Positions 1 to 13,955 of a stretch of DNA of 64,000 bases are shown in pieces. The notes beneath the pieces are model-generated. The model was given only the letters and a program-made list of their open reading frames with translations, did no database searches and was not told where the DNA came from. Where the stretch lies: assembly GCF_963676685.1 (NCBI RefSeq), contig NC_092347.1, positions 34,348,001-34,412,000 of the forward strand, read 5' to 3'. The DNA comes from Mytilus edulis. Its lineage: Eukaryota. Within the stretch, counting starts at the first letter, position 1; every line of letters begins with the position of its first letter. The position numbers were made by a program, and so were the translations under genes.

Positions 1-197
1 ATGACCATTTTGATGTATACTCATATAATGTATCAAACATATTGTGTAACCCTAAAACAGATTCTGAGAAAATCACCATATCATCAGCATACATAAGTAG
101 AAATAAATTCAATGCTTTCATCTCATATGGTATGGCATTACTATTAATTATATATAACATGTCCCTTCCCGGGTTCCGTACTTATCACTACTAAGTT

Positions 198-805
198 CAG
201 GCGGCAACCCTGTTGATATAGAACAAAAGAATCGAAGTTCTTTGTTAGAGAAGGCGATAAATGCTTACTGTAATGTTTAATATAGTAACACAAAAAAGTT
301 AATAGAAACAAATAAAATGACAATTTTCTTCTCAATTACGAAGTGTTCTATTATAAAAACACCATTTGCATAAGGTTTCAATTTATCTATTATATAATTA
401 AGCAGAATAATTAGATATCAAGTCGACGACTTGGGTATCTATCAAGTTGGATGTAGAAAATGCATAACATCCAATTTTTTTGAAAAAAATACCACGAACG
501 GAGAACATATCAATCTATTAGTTCAGTAATTTTCGTGTCTGCCCTTCCATCATGTGACTCAAGAAAAAAATCTAAAAAATGGGTAACAATTGTATCTAAA
601 AGAAAAAATCGAGTGCACCTTTTATGTTAGGGCGTGTTTGAGTTGAATATTTTGTCTTGAAAACGTACAAAGCAAGAATATTTGATACATCATCTCGCTT
701 CAGATTCTTTCATTTTTATGTATCAAACCTACAGGTTAACTTTATAACATAAAAAATCACTGTATTAAAAGATGAAATATATGGGTCAAGTGAGATATCT
801 ATCTA
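198..805 (+). repeat. Dispersed repeat (~600 bp), diverged inverted copy at 16099-16711; probable DNA-transposon remnant
   Basis: CAGGCGGCAACCCTGTTGATATAGAACAAAAGAATCGAAG... through ATGGGTCAAGTGAGATATCTATCTA matches the reverse complement of 16099-16711 along its length. Confidence 0.75.
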
Positions 806-1392
806 ATGAATCATAAAAACAGAGTAGGTGTGTGCGAATAGCAATGTTTTACTAAAAGTACTTGACGACAGTCTTTCAAGTTGGATGATGAAAATGGATA
901 TCTTCGAAAAAAAATATTTTTTTGTGTGTGATAACTCAAGGTTTATAGTCTTCAACCACTAAAAAAAATCTAGTCTGCCCTTCCACGAAATATTTAATTG
1001 GAATTTTTTTTAAATGTTTATGAATTTTCAAAAATTCCACCTGACAACCGATTAGACAATAGTTTTAAGTTGAATCAATACAGACAAGTTTATAAACTGA
1101 TTCTCATTAGCTAGTAGATATATTTGTCTTTTAAAATAAAACTGACATATGAGGATCGGAGTTGTGCTACGAGGATAAATTTATCGGTTTTCAAGAGCAA
1201 AATTGGCAGCGCGTCATCCCTACAATGGCTTCCATTTTTACGATTGTGAAAATAAACTAGCGTAATGGGGAGATAATTTTGACGAAGTAGAATCCTGACT
1301 GAGTTATTCTATTTAGAAAATGTTTTTATTTTTCTTTAAATAAATGATTAGTTAAGGGCTTTAATCAAAAATATTTCACTTAAGTCCCTTAA

Positions 1393-1974
1393 AGGAGTAG
1401 GTCCAGTAAGAACCCTTTTTGGCCCCTAAATATATCAGTTTTTTTTCAAAATTGTTAAAATGTAAACTTTTAGCTATTAATTGGAAAGTAGAATACTTCT
1501 GCTACATAAATATGGGCTGTTTTTGACAATATAATGCATATATATCGGGTACTAGCATCATTAAGTCATGCTAAATTACTGAAATCCTCAAATTGTTTGC
1601 ATTTTGGTTAATTTTTAGACGGTTTCCGTTTGAAATGGAAGTGGCCGCATTTGTGTTCATTCTTAATATTTATATGTAAGTTGTATTTGATGATAATACA
1701 TAACATATATAAAGATTGAGAATGAACACGGATGCGACCACTTTCATTTTTGACAAAAACCATCTGAAAAGAGCATATTATGGCATATTTGATAGATTTT
1801 TTATATTTAAGCTTGAATTGGAGCGTTTTTAGTGGCTCAATCAGTTAAAATCTTTCACATGTACTAATTGATTCGACTACAGTAGACATTTAAGTTTTTA
1901 AAAAATGTCCAAAATCTTTCATCAGATGAACCTGAAATTTGACGTCAAAATCGGCTCTTACCGGACCTACTCCT
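1393..1974. mobile_element. Non-autonomous TIR element (Kolobok-like MITE)
   Basis: TIR AGGAGTAGGTCC(A/G)GTAAG at both ends; TTAA/TTAC flanks; second family member in opposite orientation at 35893-37566. Confidence 0.8.
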
Positions 1975-3279
1975 TTACAGGAGGAGTCCAGCAGTTTTGA
2001 CTATATAAATGCTTCTTTATGAATTTGATTTAATCTGATTTATGTTTTTCGAATTAATTCTTGCTAGGTAAGATAGAGGCAACAAAAAGATAAAATGTTA
2101 TCTACCTAGCACCACTATACGCGGGACTGTTCTAATATTTGAAGCGTTTTGCCAAAATAACAAAAATAAATGTTCTTCAATTGAGTTATAATTATAACAG
2201 TTATGGTTATATTAATTAGAATTAAATTCTATCAGTTTTTATTAAAGCACTGTATCGTGTTAAATAGCTATGTCAGCTATCCCGATCATAACGGTTATTT
2301 AAACTGGTATGAATACAGTATTTTTTTCCGTTTGGATGATTTTATGTATTCTACCCAAGTGAGTTATTTATAGTAACGGCACTCATGTATAACATATAGA
2401 AACGGAACTTTAATATGGAAAATGCAACGTGGATTTTTTTTAACAAAGACTGTCTGAATCACTGATAAGGTAATACATTTACTTTAAGGATAATAATGCA
2501 AAATTGACAATAGCTTTCATAGTATCCGTACTCATTTCAATCAATTCTGATATCATTTTCAACCATTACTTTTGAAGACACAATTGGCAATCGATCACTG
2601 TACTTCTATGAACATGTTTCAGATGATTCAAAGTGAATTTAAACGGAGTCTACTTTTGTCTCTCGCTCTGATTTGTAAAAACAAATGGAACAGGTACTAA
2701 ACCATAGGAGACTGGAACTGTTTCTTTTCTATGTCAAGACGAAGTGTTAATAAATCGGTATTCATTCAGTTGGTACAGAATAACATTGTAGGCCAAAGTA
2801 GGCCCCGCCCATAGACCGGATGACTGACGAACACTAAACAGTTTAAATGAAAATTTTAATCATCAAAGTGCATTTTCTGACGCCCAACACTCGAAACAAG
2901 GAACGTGTTTTTTTTAATTTGATAGATGCTTTTTGTGTTTTCTGTATATATGTTTGTTTGTCTTGAGATTGTAACACAGTGATGACTACTGTAACCATAC
3001 TTTGACTATTTTACCGATTATGTCTGTTTTGTTCACGCATCGTTGTAAAAATAACGGAATTTGATGCGACTGTCCTAAAAGTGAGAGGTTTAACGCTATA
3101 AAACCAGGTTCAATCAGGGCCACCATTTTCTACATTTGAAAAAGTCAGGAATATGACAGTTGTTGTCCATTCGTTTGATATGTTTTATCCGTTGGTTTTG
3201 CATTTGATTAGGGACTTTCCGTTTTGAATTTTCCTCGGAGTTCAGTATTTTTGTGATTTTACTTTATACGTATCACAAG

Positions 3280-3970
3280 TTCTAACGCGTCACAGACAAT
3301 ACGAAACATACATCACACATAGACACGTCACAAATAATATGATTTTTAAAAAACATACGTCACAGACAGACATGTCACATACAATTTGATTTGAAACATA
3401 CATCACACCAGGAACATACTAGTATATATTGTTAGATATACTGTTCCCAGATCACACACGGACACATCACAAACATTATGATCTGAAACATACGTCACAC
3501 ACAGACACGTCACATACAATTTGATTTGAAACCGATGATACGTCACACAGACACGTCACAAACAAATTGATTTGAAACGTACATCAAACACAGACACGTC
3601 ACAAAAAATATGATTTGAAACATACACCACACCAGGAACCTATATATTGTTAGATATACTGTTCCCAGATCACACACAGACATATCACAAACAATATGAT
3701 TTGAACCATACATCACACACAGACACGTCACATACAATATGATTTCAGTGGCGGATTCAGAACTTTTCATAAGGGGGCACTGACTGACCTAAAGGGGCCT
3801 GGTCCAGTCATGCTTCAGTGATTCCCTTTATAACTAACCAAATTTTCCCCATGAAAGGGGGCCGCCCCCTCCCCTGGATCCGCCTATTGATCTGAATAAT
3901 ACATCACACACAGACACGTCACAAACAATATGTTTTGAAACATACATCACACACAAACAATATGATTTGG
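3280..3970 (+). repeat. ~41-bp minisatellite, interrupted by small insertions
   Basis: Repeated CATAC(G/A)TCACACACAGACACGTCACA(T/A)ACAAT(A/T)TGATTTGAAA units; insertions at 3409-3450, 3633-3668 and 3746-3888. Confidence 0.85.
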
Positions 3971-5294
3971 ATCTATTGTGAGTGTGTCCTTCGTCAATCT
4001 GTGTTATCGACTGAGTAAAGATGTGAATGGTGAAGTTTCAATTTTTTTTATTTTCAACTATTTTATACTTTCAGCCAATTCAGGATTAAAAATGTACTTT
4101 GATCTGTTTGAAATTACTGTTTTGATAGTAAAATATTCATTGAAACTAGGGGTGTCAAAAGATATGAAATTTAATACTCGAGTGCTCGGTCATGATACTC
4201 GCGAGAAACCAAATTATAATATGATGACATCGTTTCACATCTTCACGAAAGTCATACGTGTAATTGCAGACATCAAACTGTAGGTCTACAAAATATAACT
4301 TAATCCTTGGTTATGTGTACCGGTCCTCCTTTTTTTGTCAATTGAACAAGATCTAGAAGAACTGACCCTGTTTCTAAGAGTAAATTTGCATGATAGCAAT
4401 TATTTTGTTTGTTCATGTAATGACTCAGAAACCTGCCAATAAAAGCATTAGATATGTTAAAGTCAAGTTCGTATTAATAGCCAATCTGTATCATCTGTTC
4501 CCATGGAGGTAGTAATTTTGATATTACGACTTGTCCCATAATTTGTCAACGAAGTATTTAATTTCAAATTTATTTTATACAAAACGATATCTAATTATAA
4601 ATAAAAGAATAATACAGTTTTTACAAACATTTATCACATTAAATGTACATCTCATTCCAATCACGTGTACAAAAAACTCATAATTAGCAATTAAAGGTAA
4701 GTTTACAGTTAATGTGTTATTGATCCACGAAAGTGTACGTACAAAAACTTTTACAAAAGTTTGAAACATACTTATTGGATCTATTTAATATTTATTATCA
4801 GAATAGAATCGTGTTTCATTAATAAAAGAAGGAGGTGTGCACTTTCATATGCTAATTAAGGTTAGTTGTGGTATGTGAAACTTTAAAAAATGTCGATGGT
4901 CAGTTGAGTTCACTTTGTCCATTTTATTGGGTCATTTTAATCACTCGTATGTCCTGGGCTATATAGTCCCAGTGTATGTCCGAGTAGGGAAATCTATTTG
5001 TTCTTTAAAAATATTCTTTTCGATTGTATTCAATATGACAGAATGCAGACATTTTGATTTATTCACAATCTATCATTTATAATCTGATGTCCATTTGAGG
5101 CTTAATACTCAGCTGCTGTGATAGTCCAGATATGCCGTCTGATATGGGTATATTTTTATTTTGACTTTTTATTGAATTCCACGATCATTGACAGTAAGGC
5201 GTCAAAGCCAAAAAAAAATAACATAGCCTGCCTTGACATCATATTTCATTAAATTACTACTGTATCTGACTGATAATATATAGCCACCTGAATA

Positions 5295-7918
5295 CACTGT
5301 AAATATACCTGACGCCTGACGCGTCCGGACGCGTTCAAAATTTGTACACCGAATGTTCAATATTTTAACGTCATATGTTAATGCTTAGAGACGTGTTCAA
5401 AGTGTTAAAACTACTAACATGTGTGTTCAGACACAGTGAACACCAGTGTTCAAATTCTGATGTAAAAAAAGAAGACAGTCGTTTGTCCGATTTTCTATCC
5501 TTCTAATTGGCAAATTCAAAAAGAAATTCTTTAAAATATATGAATGTATACGCAGGATGATGATCTGTGAATTTTTTACTAATATTTTAGTAATTGGGAA
5601 ATATTAAACTTCCAAGCTGGCATATACAGGATATATGTATAGTTTATGAACTTATTTTATTATTATTACTAGTTTTACTTACAAGTGACAAAATAATGCA
5701 TATCAATTAGGCCTGTTATGATAATATCGTAATAAAAATATGTCGATGTTTATCTTATTTCATGATCCGTTCAGTTTATTAACATTACATGTTCAATCAG
5801 TGTTCAAATCGCTCAAAATTTTGAACACCTCGCGTTAAAAAATATATACCAGGGTACCAAATACCGGAAACAGATATCGGCTGGTGATTTAGGCGGTTTA
5901 ACGAAGAATGGATACACATAAGGAAGAGAACTGGAGAAGGGACTTCTATCCCACATGAACATGAAAGAAGTGAGTAACAAATTAGGATAATCTCCATAGG
6001 TAGTTCGATGGCTTCCTTGTTATTTTCTCATGTCAGATATATATTTGTCAAATATTCATAACTGTTATATCCAAATATTCAACAAAATAAAAGACGAATT
6101 AAAGAACAGGATTTAGATTAAACGTTCATAACAAATGATTTCCTAAACTGATGAATAACCAGTCTGTGATCGTCTGTCTGTTATACAGAATAAATGATGA
6201 TTGTTGCCAAGTTATCCACGTATATTAGCTGAAGATCGCTGAACACTAAGTGTTAAGAACTCTAACATCAAGTGTTCAAAAATGAAACACAAAGGCATTA
6301 AAAACTGAACACCACACATTCAATTGATGAACACTAAGTGTTTAGAACTCTAACATGAAGTGTTCAAAAATGAAACACAAAGGCATTAAAAACTGAACAC
6401 CACATATTCAAATGATGAACACTAAGTGTTAAATAACTCTAACATCAAGTGTTCAAAAATGAAACACAAAGGCATTAAAAACTGAACACTGCACATTAAA
6501 TTGATGAACACTAAGTGTTAAATAACTCTAACATCAAGTGTTCAAAAGTGAAACACAAAGGCATTAAAAACTGAACACCACACATTCAATTGATGAACAC
6601 TAGTGTAAACATTTGGAACACCATTTCAGTTGACTTAGAAAATGCATTCGTTTTTTTTTTATTTGCAGGAATCGTTAGATTGAAATGTTTGAATTAGGAA
6701 CCGGTAGCCAATAATCCCACGAAGGTCATTTCTGCATGCTATAAAGTGTTGGAAAAAAAAGATATAAAAAAAGGTATGACAATATATGTTTATTAATAGC
6801 TTATGTGGGTGTATCATTTCTATATCTGTATACCTTAGGTCAAGAAATCGACTTTTGTAATTTATAATGTCAAAACTTGCATTTCAGTGCCATAGAATAT
6901 CAATTTGTACTCTAGACGTAGTATATATCGAAATTAAAGCATAACAATCATTGCATAATTTGATGTTTTATAAAAAAAAAACTCTCTTCTATTAATTTTA
7001 AATTTTATTTTGCAGGATATATAGGCTCATAGACATTACTTGTTGTGGATGACTTTGACATTTGGAAGTTGATAACAACACATAAAATGCCACTTAGTTG
7101 ATAGCTTTAAGTGAAGATGCACTGAAAAGTGGAGCGTTCATTGTATGTGATCGTACAAGAACTCTTGGAATTTGCAAACTTTTAAACTTTCATTGTGACA
7201 AATATCTATATCATAAACTATCTACTTATCACTTTGACATGCTTTTTCGGTTAGGATACACATGATGTAGCAACTATCTTTTCGTGTAGGGGTAAATACT
7301 TATTTGTGATGTGAAGTCAATTTAAAAACATTATGTATGTGATTTCACTGACTGTTACTTGTGATATCATAAGGTATTCTTGTGTATTTTTTTTACATGT
7401 CTTACATATATGCTCATTTGATTATATAAAGAATTACTTGTTAAAATATGTTTTATTGTTATATTTTGCCTGATTCAATATAGTTTTTATAACAGTTTAA
7501 TTAAGTTTAGTATTTATGGAACATTATGTACGCTTGAAAATAGAACATGTTCTACATTTGAACACCATCACTTTGAACACCTATGTCAACTGTTCTGAAT
7601 GTTAACATCTGGTGTTCTGGATCTTAACATTTCTGGTTTTGAACATGTTCAGTGCGTTCAAAAAGTGTTACATGGCTGTTGAACGCGTCGACGTATTAAG
7701 ATTTTGAACATTCGGACACGTTAAATCGTTGAACACTAATGTTAAGGTCTCTAACATCAAGTGTTCAAAAATGAAACACAAAGGCATTAAAAACTGAACA
7801 CCACACATTCAATTCATTAACACTAGTGTAAACATTTGGAACACCATTACACGTTCAAAAAGTGTTACAAAAAAGCGTTCAAGCAGTGTTCTATTTGTTA
7901 ACACTTAGATTTACAGTG
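5295..7918. mobile_element. Non-autonomous CACTA/EnSpm-like DNA transposon (2.6 kb)
   Basis: TA|CACTGTAAAT ... ATTTACAGTG|TA: 10-bp TIR, CAC..GTG termini, 2-bp TSD; many subterminal GTGTTCAA/TTGAACAC motifs at both ends. Confidence 0.7.
6240..6625 (+). repeat. ~88-bp tandem repeat (4+ copies) inside the CACTA-like element; extra copy at ~7730-7850
   Basis: GAACACTAAGTGTT...AAAATGAAACACAAAGGCATTAAAAACTGAACAC units starting ~6241, 6329, 6417, 6506. Confidence 0.9.
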
Positions 7919-8639
7919 TAGTTTTTCTGTCATTAAACTAGAAAAAAATAATCAAAAGGAGGATTTTTTGTACAATCTGTGTTTTTTTTAGCATTTTTTT
8001 TTGGGGGGGGGACACAATAGTTATAATGAGATAAATTAGATTAAATTTTAACCTACATGTATACTATTTATTGTGTCTCATAAGTCAATTATATGGCTGT
8101 AGATTGAATGTCTTCACTGGTGGTATATATTGTGTATTTTACTCTGTCAATCAATATGAGACACTTTAATAAAATAAATTTATTATTTATATTATTATAA
8201 TTATTAATAATCCTTACTTTATATTCAGGTGTAATGATTGATTTTAACTTTGATTCCATCCCACGAAGAGATTAGATTGCTTTGACCTTTGCATCACTGT
8301 ATTGTGAGGCAAGCATTGAGTTGGGTTTTACAGGTTTTGCTTTCAGTACTCATTTTAGTATTGCCTTTTCTTCATTGTTTTGCTTTTGCTTAACATATTA
8401 TATTATTAAGTTGCTTTCGTTTAGAAACATCTAGTTTTGTACGTAATATATTTTCAAGACATTTTTTCATAATTGACAAGTGTGGACACAAATTAGTGTG
8501 GGCAGTATGTATGAATGTCAGTTGACGATTTACGATTTTTTTTTTACGATTTATTAGAAAACACACATGCATATATAAATGTGTAATATGTGGTCAAATA
8601 TGTAATGCAATTTATGTAAATAACATGACATAAGAATAA

Positions 8640-9690
8640 TTTAACATATTTAAATCAATAAACATAGGTCAGCTCTTAAGCATTAAATAGTGTGAAAGAT
8701 TTGATGAATAAGGATAGCTTTTTGTATAGTTCAGTATTACAATAAGACGGTAAACCTTCAAACTTGATAATGCTCGAATGATCTGTGTAGTACATAGGTA
8801 TGTACTTGTTTCTTAATGACACAATATTTTCAATTTCACTATTGAGCCAACCCATTTGAAGTTTGGTAAAATAGAACTTAATCGAGTCTGGTTCTCGGAT
8901 ATAATATTCAGTTCATTTGCAAAAATATTCAGTCTAGTACTCATTATGGACGTGAAAAGTTTCCCAAGGCAACTGATGAGAGTAATTGCTCTATAGCTAG
9001 GATCAAATTGGCATCACTTGTTTTTGAAAACTTGTTTAATAATTACCAGAAGTATTATACCTGTATTCTAAATGATATTGAACAATTTACAATAAATAGA
9101 TACTAGACTAGGAGGCGAATATTTCAAATATTCGTTCAATATTTTGTCCAAGCCCGGTGTTTTATTATTTTTTAAATATTCGAAGGATTTCAGTACAGTT
9201 ATGACTCCGTTCAAGATCTCTACACAAATTTGGTTATTGCAAACAGCATTTATATCAAAGTCATCCTACTCCTCATCATCACCCACATAGTCACCTGACC
9301 ATCCTTTAATTTTTTGAAATATTCATAAAATGTTTATATATATATATATATATGTCTGTATCTGGATTTTCTATTCGCCTACTAGAATATTTATGTAATG
9401 TTTTCAAGAATGGTTAAGTGTCTTATCTGGATTAAGACTCACTGGAACATCTCTCAGAATAAGCTTGCAAAGTTTTGTTCAGAACTTTTCGGTACTCCTT
9501 TGCTTATCTATTCATGGCGTCTTTAATTTCACTTGTCTTGAGTTTTGAGTAAAAATTCCTGGCTTTCTGAAAATCATTACGCTTTATTTTACAGTCAGTA
9601 TTAAACCATGGTTTACTATCACCTTGTTCTTCTAGCTTTATTTTTCTCGATCCAAAGGCAGAAGATGTGGTATTCACCAATATCATACAG
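8640..9690 (-). mobile_element. Heavily decayed LINE (non-LTR retrotransposon) ORF2 remnant
   Basis: Minus-strand fragments KPWFNTDCKIKR, TPGLDKILNEYLK and YRAITLISCLGKLF are typical motifs just upstream of and at the start of LINE RT; multiple stops and deletions. Confidence 0.7.
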
Positions 9691-9705
9691 TATAAATACC
9701 GTTAA

Positions 9706-10868
9706 GGTTTATGACCCCTTCTGTATCCATGTATCCATATGAATAACGATTTTTCAAACTGCTATAGTATCAAAACAGCAAAGATAATGATTAATAGATA
9801 TGTGCCATTTTATACATATACCAAGGGGAAACTTAGTGCAAAGCATTATTATTAATTAATTGTTTCATAGCATTTAATAGAAAAGAGGAATTTGTGGCAA
9901 ATAAAACCAAGATTTTTGTAGAAAAAAAACTCGTGTTTATCAACTTAGTCAGGCGCACCCTAGAAGGTGTACTTAAAATGGTCAATATTTCCTTGTTTTA
10001 AGGAAATCGTTGCGATCACTGCATGCAATAATCCTCCATCTATCAAGCACCGAATTGCCAAATATGAGAGTACAAGTGAGAAGGCTTTGGATTTTCTATA
10101 AAATTTCTGTGTTTAGCCTTGAATCAACACAAGGGAACATAATCATTAATCTGTTCAGGCGTGACATCCTCAATATTTAATTGATCGAGTACACCGATCA
10201 TCTGTTGTAATGCATGACCTGTGTCATCACTGTGAGCATCTGTTCAAACTCGGTGCCTTTTGAGTGTACCAATTGACGTAAGTATTACCTTTGATTTTAT
10301 TTTGTTCCGTCTGAAGTGCCACTTGAGGTGCACTGTCAATCGAAAAAATCGAAAAATGTAATCAACACTACACATCAGACATTCACAACATGGGATTGAA
10401 TTCAATTACCTCAAAATCTACAATAAATTTGTTTATCATCAAATAAATGCGGAGATATATTTAAATAGTCAACGAGGCTTAACTAGATAAAATTTAGACA
10501 TCAATTTTGATATACTAGTTATTTATTTGAAATAATTTCTTCTTTTCTCCTCTCCTTTTTGTGATTATAAACACATATGTGGCAAAATACTTGACCCAAC
10601 TGGTCAAATCTTGTTTTATTTTAGATCACCAGGTAATACTTTGAAAATTCGTATTGAGGATTTTCTATAAAAATCTTGATTTATTTGCCACAAAGTCCTC
10701 TTTTTCCATCGAATACAATGAAACAGTAAAAAATAATGCTTTGCATCAAGTTTCCCCTTGGAACATGTACTAAATGGCCTATCTCTATTATTTATTATAT
10801 CTTTAGTTTTGATACAATTGAGGTTCGAAAAATTCGTACAAAAATTGCTACAGAAGGGTACATAAACC
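9706..10868. mobile_element. TTAA-flanked element with ~230-bp diverged terminal inverted repeats (Kolobok-like)
   Basis: TTAA|GGTTTATGACCCCTTCTGTA ... TACAGAAGGGTACATAAACC|TTAA; inverted homology 9706-9925 vs 10660-10868. Confidence 0.75.
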
Positions 10869-11071
10869 TTAATATTTGATTAAATTGTGAATTGTATGTT
10901 TTACTATAATCTATCAAAATTTATTCCCTCACACATAACCAATCGAATCGAGTATGCTCATTGTTGTCAATATGTGAAGCAACACTGGAATTTTCTTATG
11001 ACAATACCACCAAAGATTTAATACGTTTCTGGATATGAGGTCATTCAAGAAATGAAACAAAATCAACTTAA

Positions 11072-11471
11072 GGATGTACTTAGGTGAGGTTTTGGAATTC
11101 CTGTCAAATGTTCGGACTCCCTGGTGTTTTTCCATACAATACAAGGTAAAATATTTTGCCCCATAACACCAATTTATTTTTTCATATAAGACATAATAGC
11201 TCATGAAAGATCATTTACCAAAATTTTAGAAGATTCTTGATTTTCTTTCTTTTATTTTGAGACCAAAATTATACCAATGTAAATATAAGGTAAAAGTCCG
11301 AGTCAGCCTTTCACCGCCATATTTTAAATCTCAAATATCTCGAAAAGGAGGTCCATGACCTATCAATATTTTTAGCTTATTTTTATCCTCAAAGAATACT
11401 TTATCAGCCTAAAGTATCAATTTCAAATTCTTAATTTATTAATTTTCACCTAACCTCACCTAAGTACATCC
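11072..11471. mobile_element. 400-bp MITE with perfect 20-bp TIR and TTAA TSD (Kolobok-like, GG termini)
   Basis: TTAA|GGATGTACTTAGGTGAGGTT ... AACCTCACCTAAGTACATCC|TTAA. Confidence 0.88.
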
Positions 11472-11644
11472 TTAAAAGCCCAAGATTGTCCTTAGAGATT
11501 TTACGGTGGTCGTGCCAGAGGCTATCCAGACTTGGATATTCAAACCTCGTCTGGACATGATTTCTTTAAATCAAGGAAAATTTCATACTAGTAAGTTGTA
11601 TTTTATTATATTTCATTCATCGTACTATTACTAATTTATCGTAG

Positions 11645-13955
11645 TATAAGATAAGAATTTTATTAATCTAATCAAGAACCCATAAAGGGCATCATTTTAC
11701 AACACAATATGATTGGAAAAAGCAAAACAGAAAACTAATACATACTATAACCTTTAATAATGTAATTTCCTAGGCACATGAGAGTTGGTAAATGCTCATT
11801 TGTGAACAGCCAGAAATATTTCTTATCATTAGGTAGTTCTTTAAAATTAGTACAAAAAGTTATAACTTTATCAAATAATAATTTCCTCTGTTCATCATAT
11901 AATGGACAATTTACTGTAAAATGGGTCTCATCTTCAATAGAATTTGATCCATGTGATATTTAGCAGTGATGACATAGACGTTGAGTTCTCTCTATGTATT
12001 TTTTATTATATCTATCTTTCTCAATTTTAAGATCATGAGCACTTATTCTCATTTTACATATAGCTCTTCTTATACTAAAATCTTTAATTGATAAATAAGC
12101 CTCCTTTACAAAGTCAGTTTTGAGGTTGAAATAATTCTCTAATTTACTATTACCTTGTGATAAGGTTTCAGATCTTTTGACCAACCAAAATGTTTTGAAA
12201 CTATTACAAAGTTTACATTTTACAAATTTAATTAATTTATTGAGCTTTGTATCTAAATTTTGTATATCAAGTGATTGAAGTACATATTTCATAGATGAAT
12301 ACCAACAATTAATGTTTTCTGCATCTAAAATTTTATTACAAACATAAGCATCATAAAGTAACCCTGTGTCCAACTTGTTAAGCCTGTGTACATATTTTAC
12401 CATAGATATAATGACAGAAAAATAAAGAGGAAATCTTGCAACCTCTGATAACACTGCTAAATTTGAGGCTTTCTTATTTACACCAAGAATATACTTTAAA
12501 TATCTGAAATGTGATTTTTCCAAATAATCATTTATGTAGATTAATTCAAATAGATAATCACTTTTTTCTTGCAAGCAGCAGAGTTAATTTTAAATGAACC
12601 CCAAATTTCACTACAATATAATAAAATTGGTTTTATTGTGTGATCATATAAATGAATTGCAGTATCAATACTTGGATTACAAGCTGACATGGATTTTTGT
12701 AATTTAAATTTTGCCTTTAAGGATTTTTTGAATAGCTCTTCTTTCCCTTGTTGAAAAAGACCACTAGAAGTAAAGACTATCCCTAAATATTTACATTTAT
12801 TAACACATTCTATAGCCTCTTTATCTAAATAAAATGATTCCTTTAAAATTTTTCCAGGCTTGTTAAAAATTAAAACTTTTGTTTTGGACAAGTTTACATC
12901 TCGACACCAGTCAATACAATAAGTATGCTATATATCAAGTCGGTTTTGAAGACCTTTTTTAGTGTTTGATAATACAATAATGTCATCAGCGTACATAAGA
13001 CAATCAATTCTACGCCCATTGATATCAACAGCATCTGGACTTGGCTCAAATTTTGGAGGTAGATCGTTAATGAAAAGCTTAAATAAGTTTGGACTTAGAA
13101 CATCCCCTTGTCTTACCCCAACTAGTGAACTGAAAGATGGTGTTAATACATTGCCCACTTTCACAGACATTTCATTCTTGCTGTACATATCTTTTAAAAT
13201 AGTATAAAATTTTCCAGATATGTCATTTTCCAATAATTTATATTTAATACCACAGTGTATGACCCTGTCGAAAGCCTTTTTAAAGTCCACAAAGCAAGCA
13301 TAGATTTTCCCCCCTTTTTTGTTAGTATATTTATCTAATATGGTTTTTAAAACAAACATATGATCAGATGTTCTACTCTTTTTTGAAAAACCAATCTGAC
13401 ATGGATGAATTATATTATTTTTATCAAGATGAATGTCAAGTCTTTTATTAAGAATACTGTTAAATAATTTTCCAATGCATGAATTTATTGCTATGCCTCT
13501 GTAATTTTCAGGTTTACTAGGACTCCCTGCTTTAAAAATTGGACATAAATAAGATAATGCCCATTTGTGAGGGTATTTTCCAGAGCAGAATACTAAATTA
13601 AAAAGTTTCTGCAAAACAGGTGCAAATATACTTCCCCCAGATTTTAATATCTCATTTGGAATACCATCCAATCCTGCAGCTTTATTATTCTTTAGTTTAT
13701 TTATAGCATCTAAAATTTCTTTTAGGGTTATTTTGTAATCTAGTTCACAAAAAGTTGAATTTTTTTCTAAATTTTTTACTTTTTTACTAATTTCCTCTAA
13801 TCTGTCTTTAAATTTGTCAGAGTTAAAATTTAAAGATTGAAAATATGAAAACCAGACATTACTTTGAATAGATTTTTCTGGACCATCCGAATTGTCTTCT
13901 TTTAATTCTTTAATGAGATTCCAATAACTCTTTGGATTATTATCCCTTAGATTAT
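11645..13955 (-). mobile_element. 5'-truncated LINE (RTE-X/CR1-L2-like) with disrupted reverse transcriptase ORF
   Basis: RT motifs PENYRGIA, QIGF, FVDFKKAFD, GVRQGDVLSPNLF, LMYADD; C-terminal ISAHDLKIEKDRY..R.CHHC..EDETHF..NCPLY; in-frame stops at 12928 and 11960, frameshift near 12570; 3' AATAAA plus short (CTTAT) tail near 11645-11665. Confidence 0.9.
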
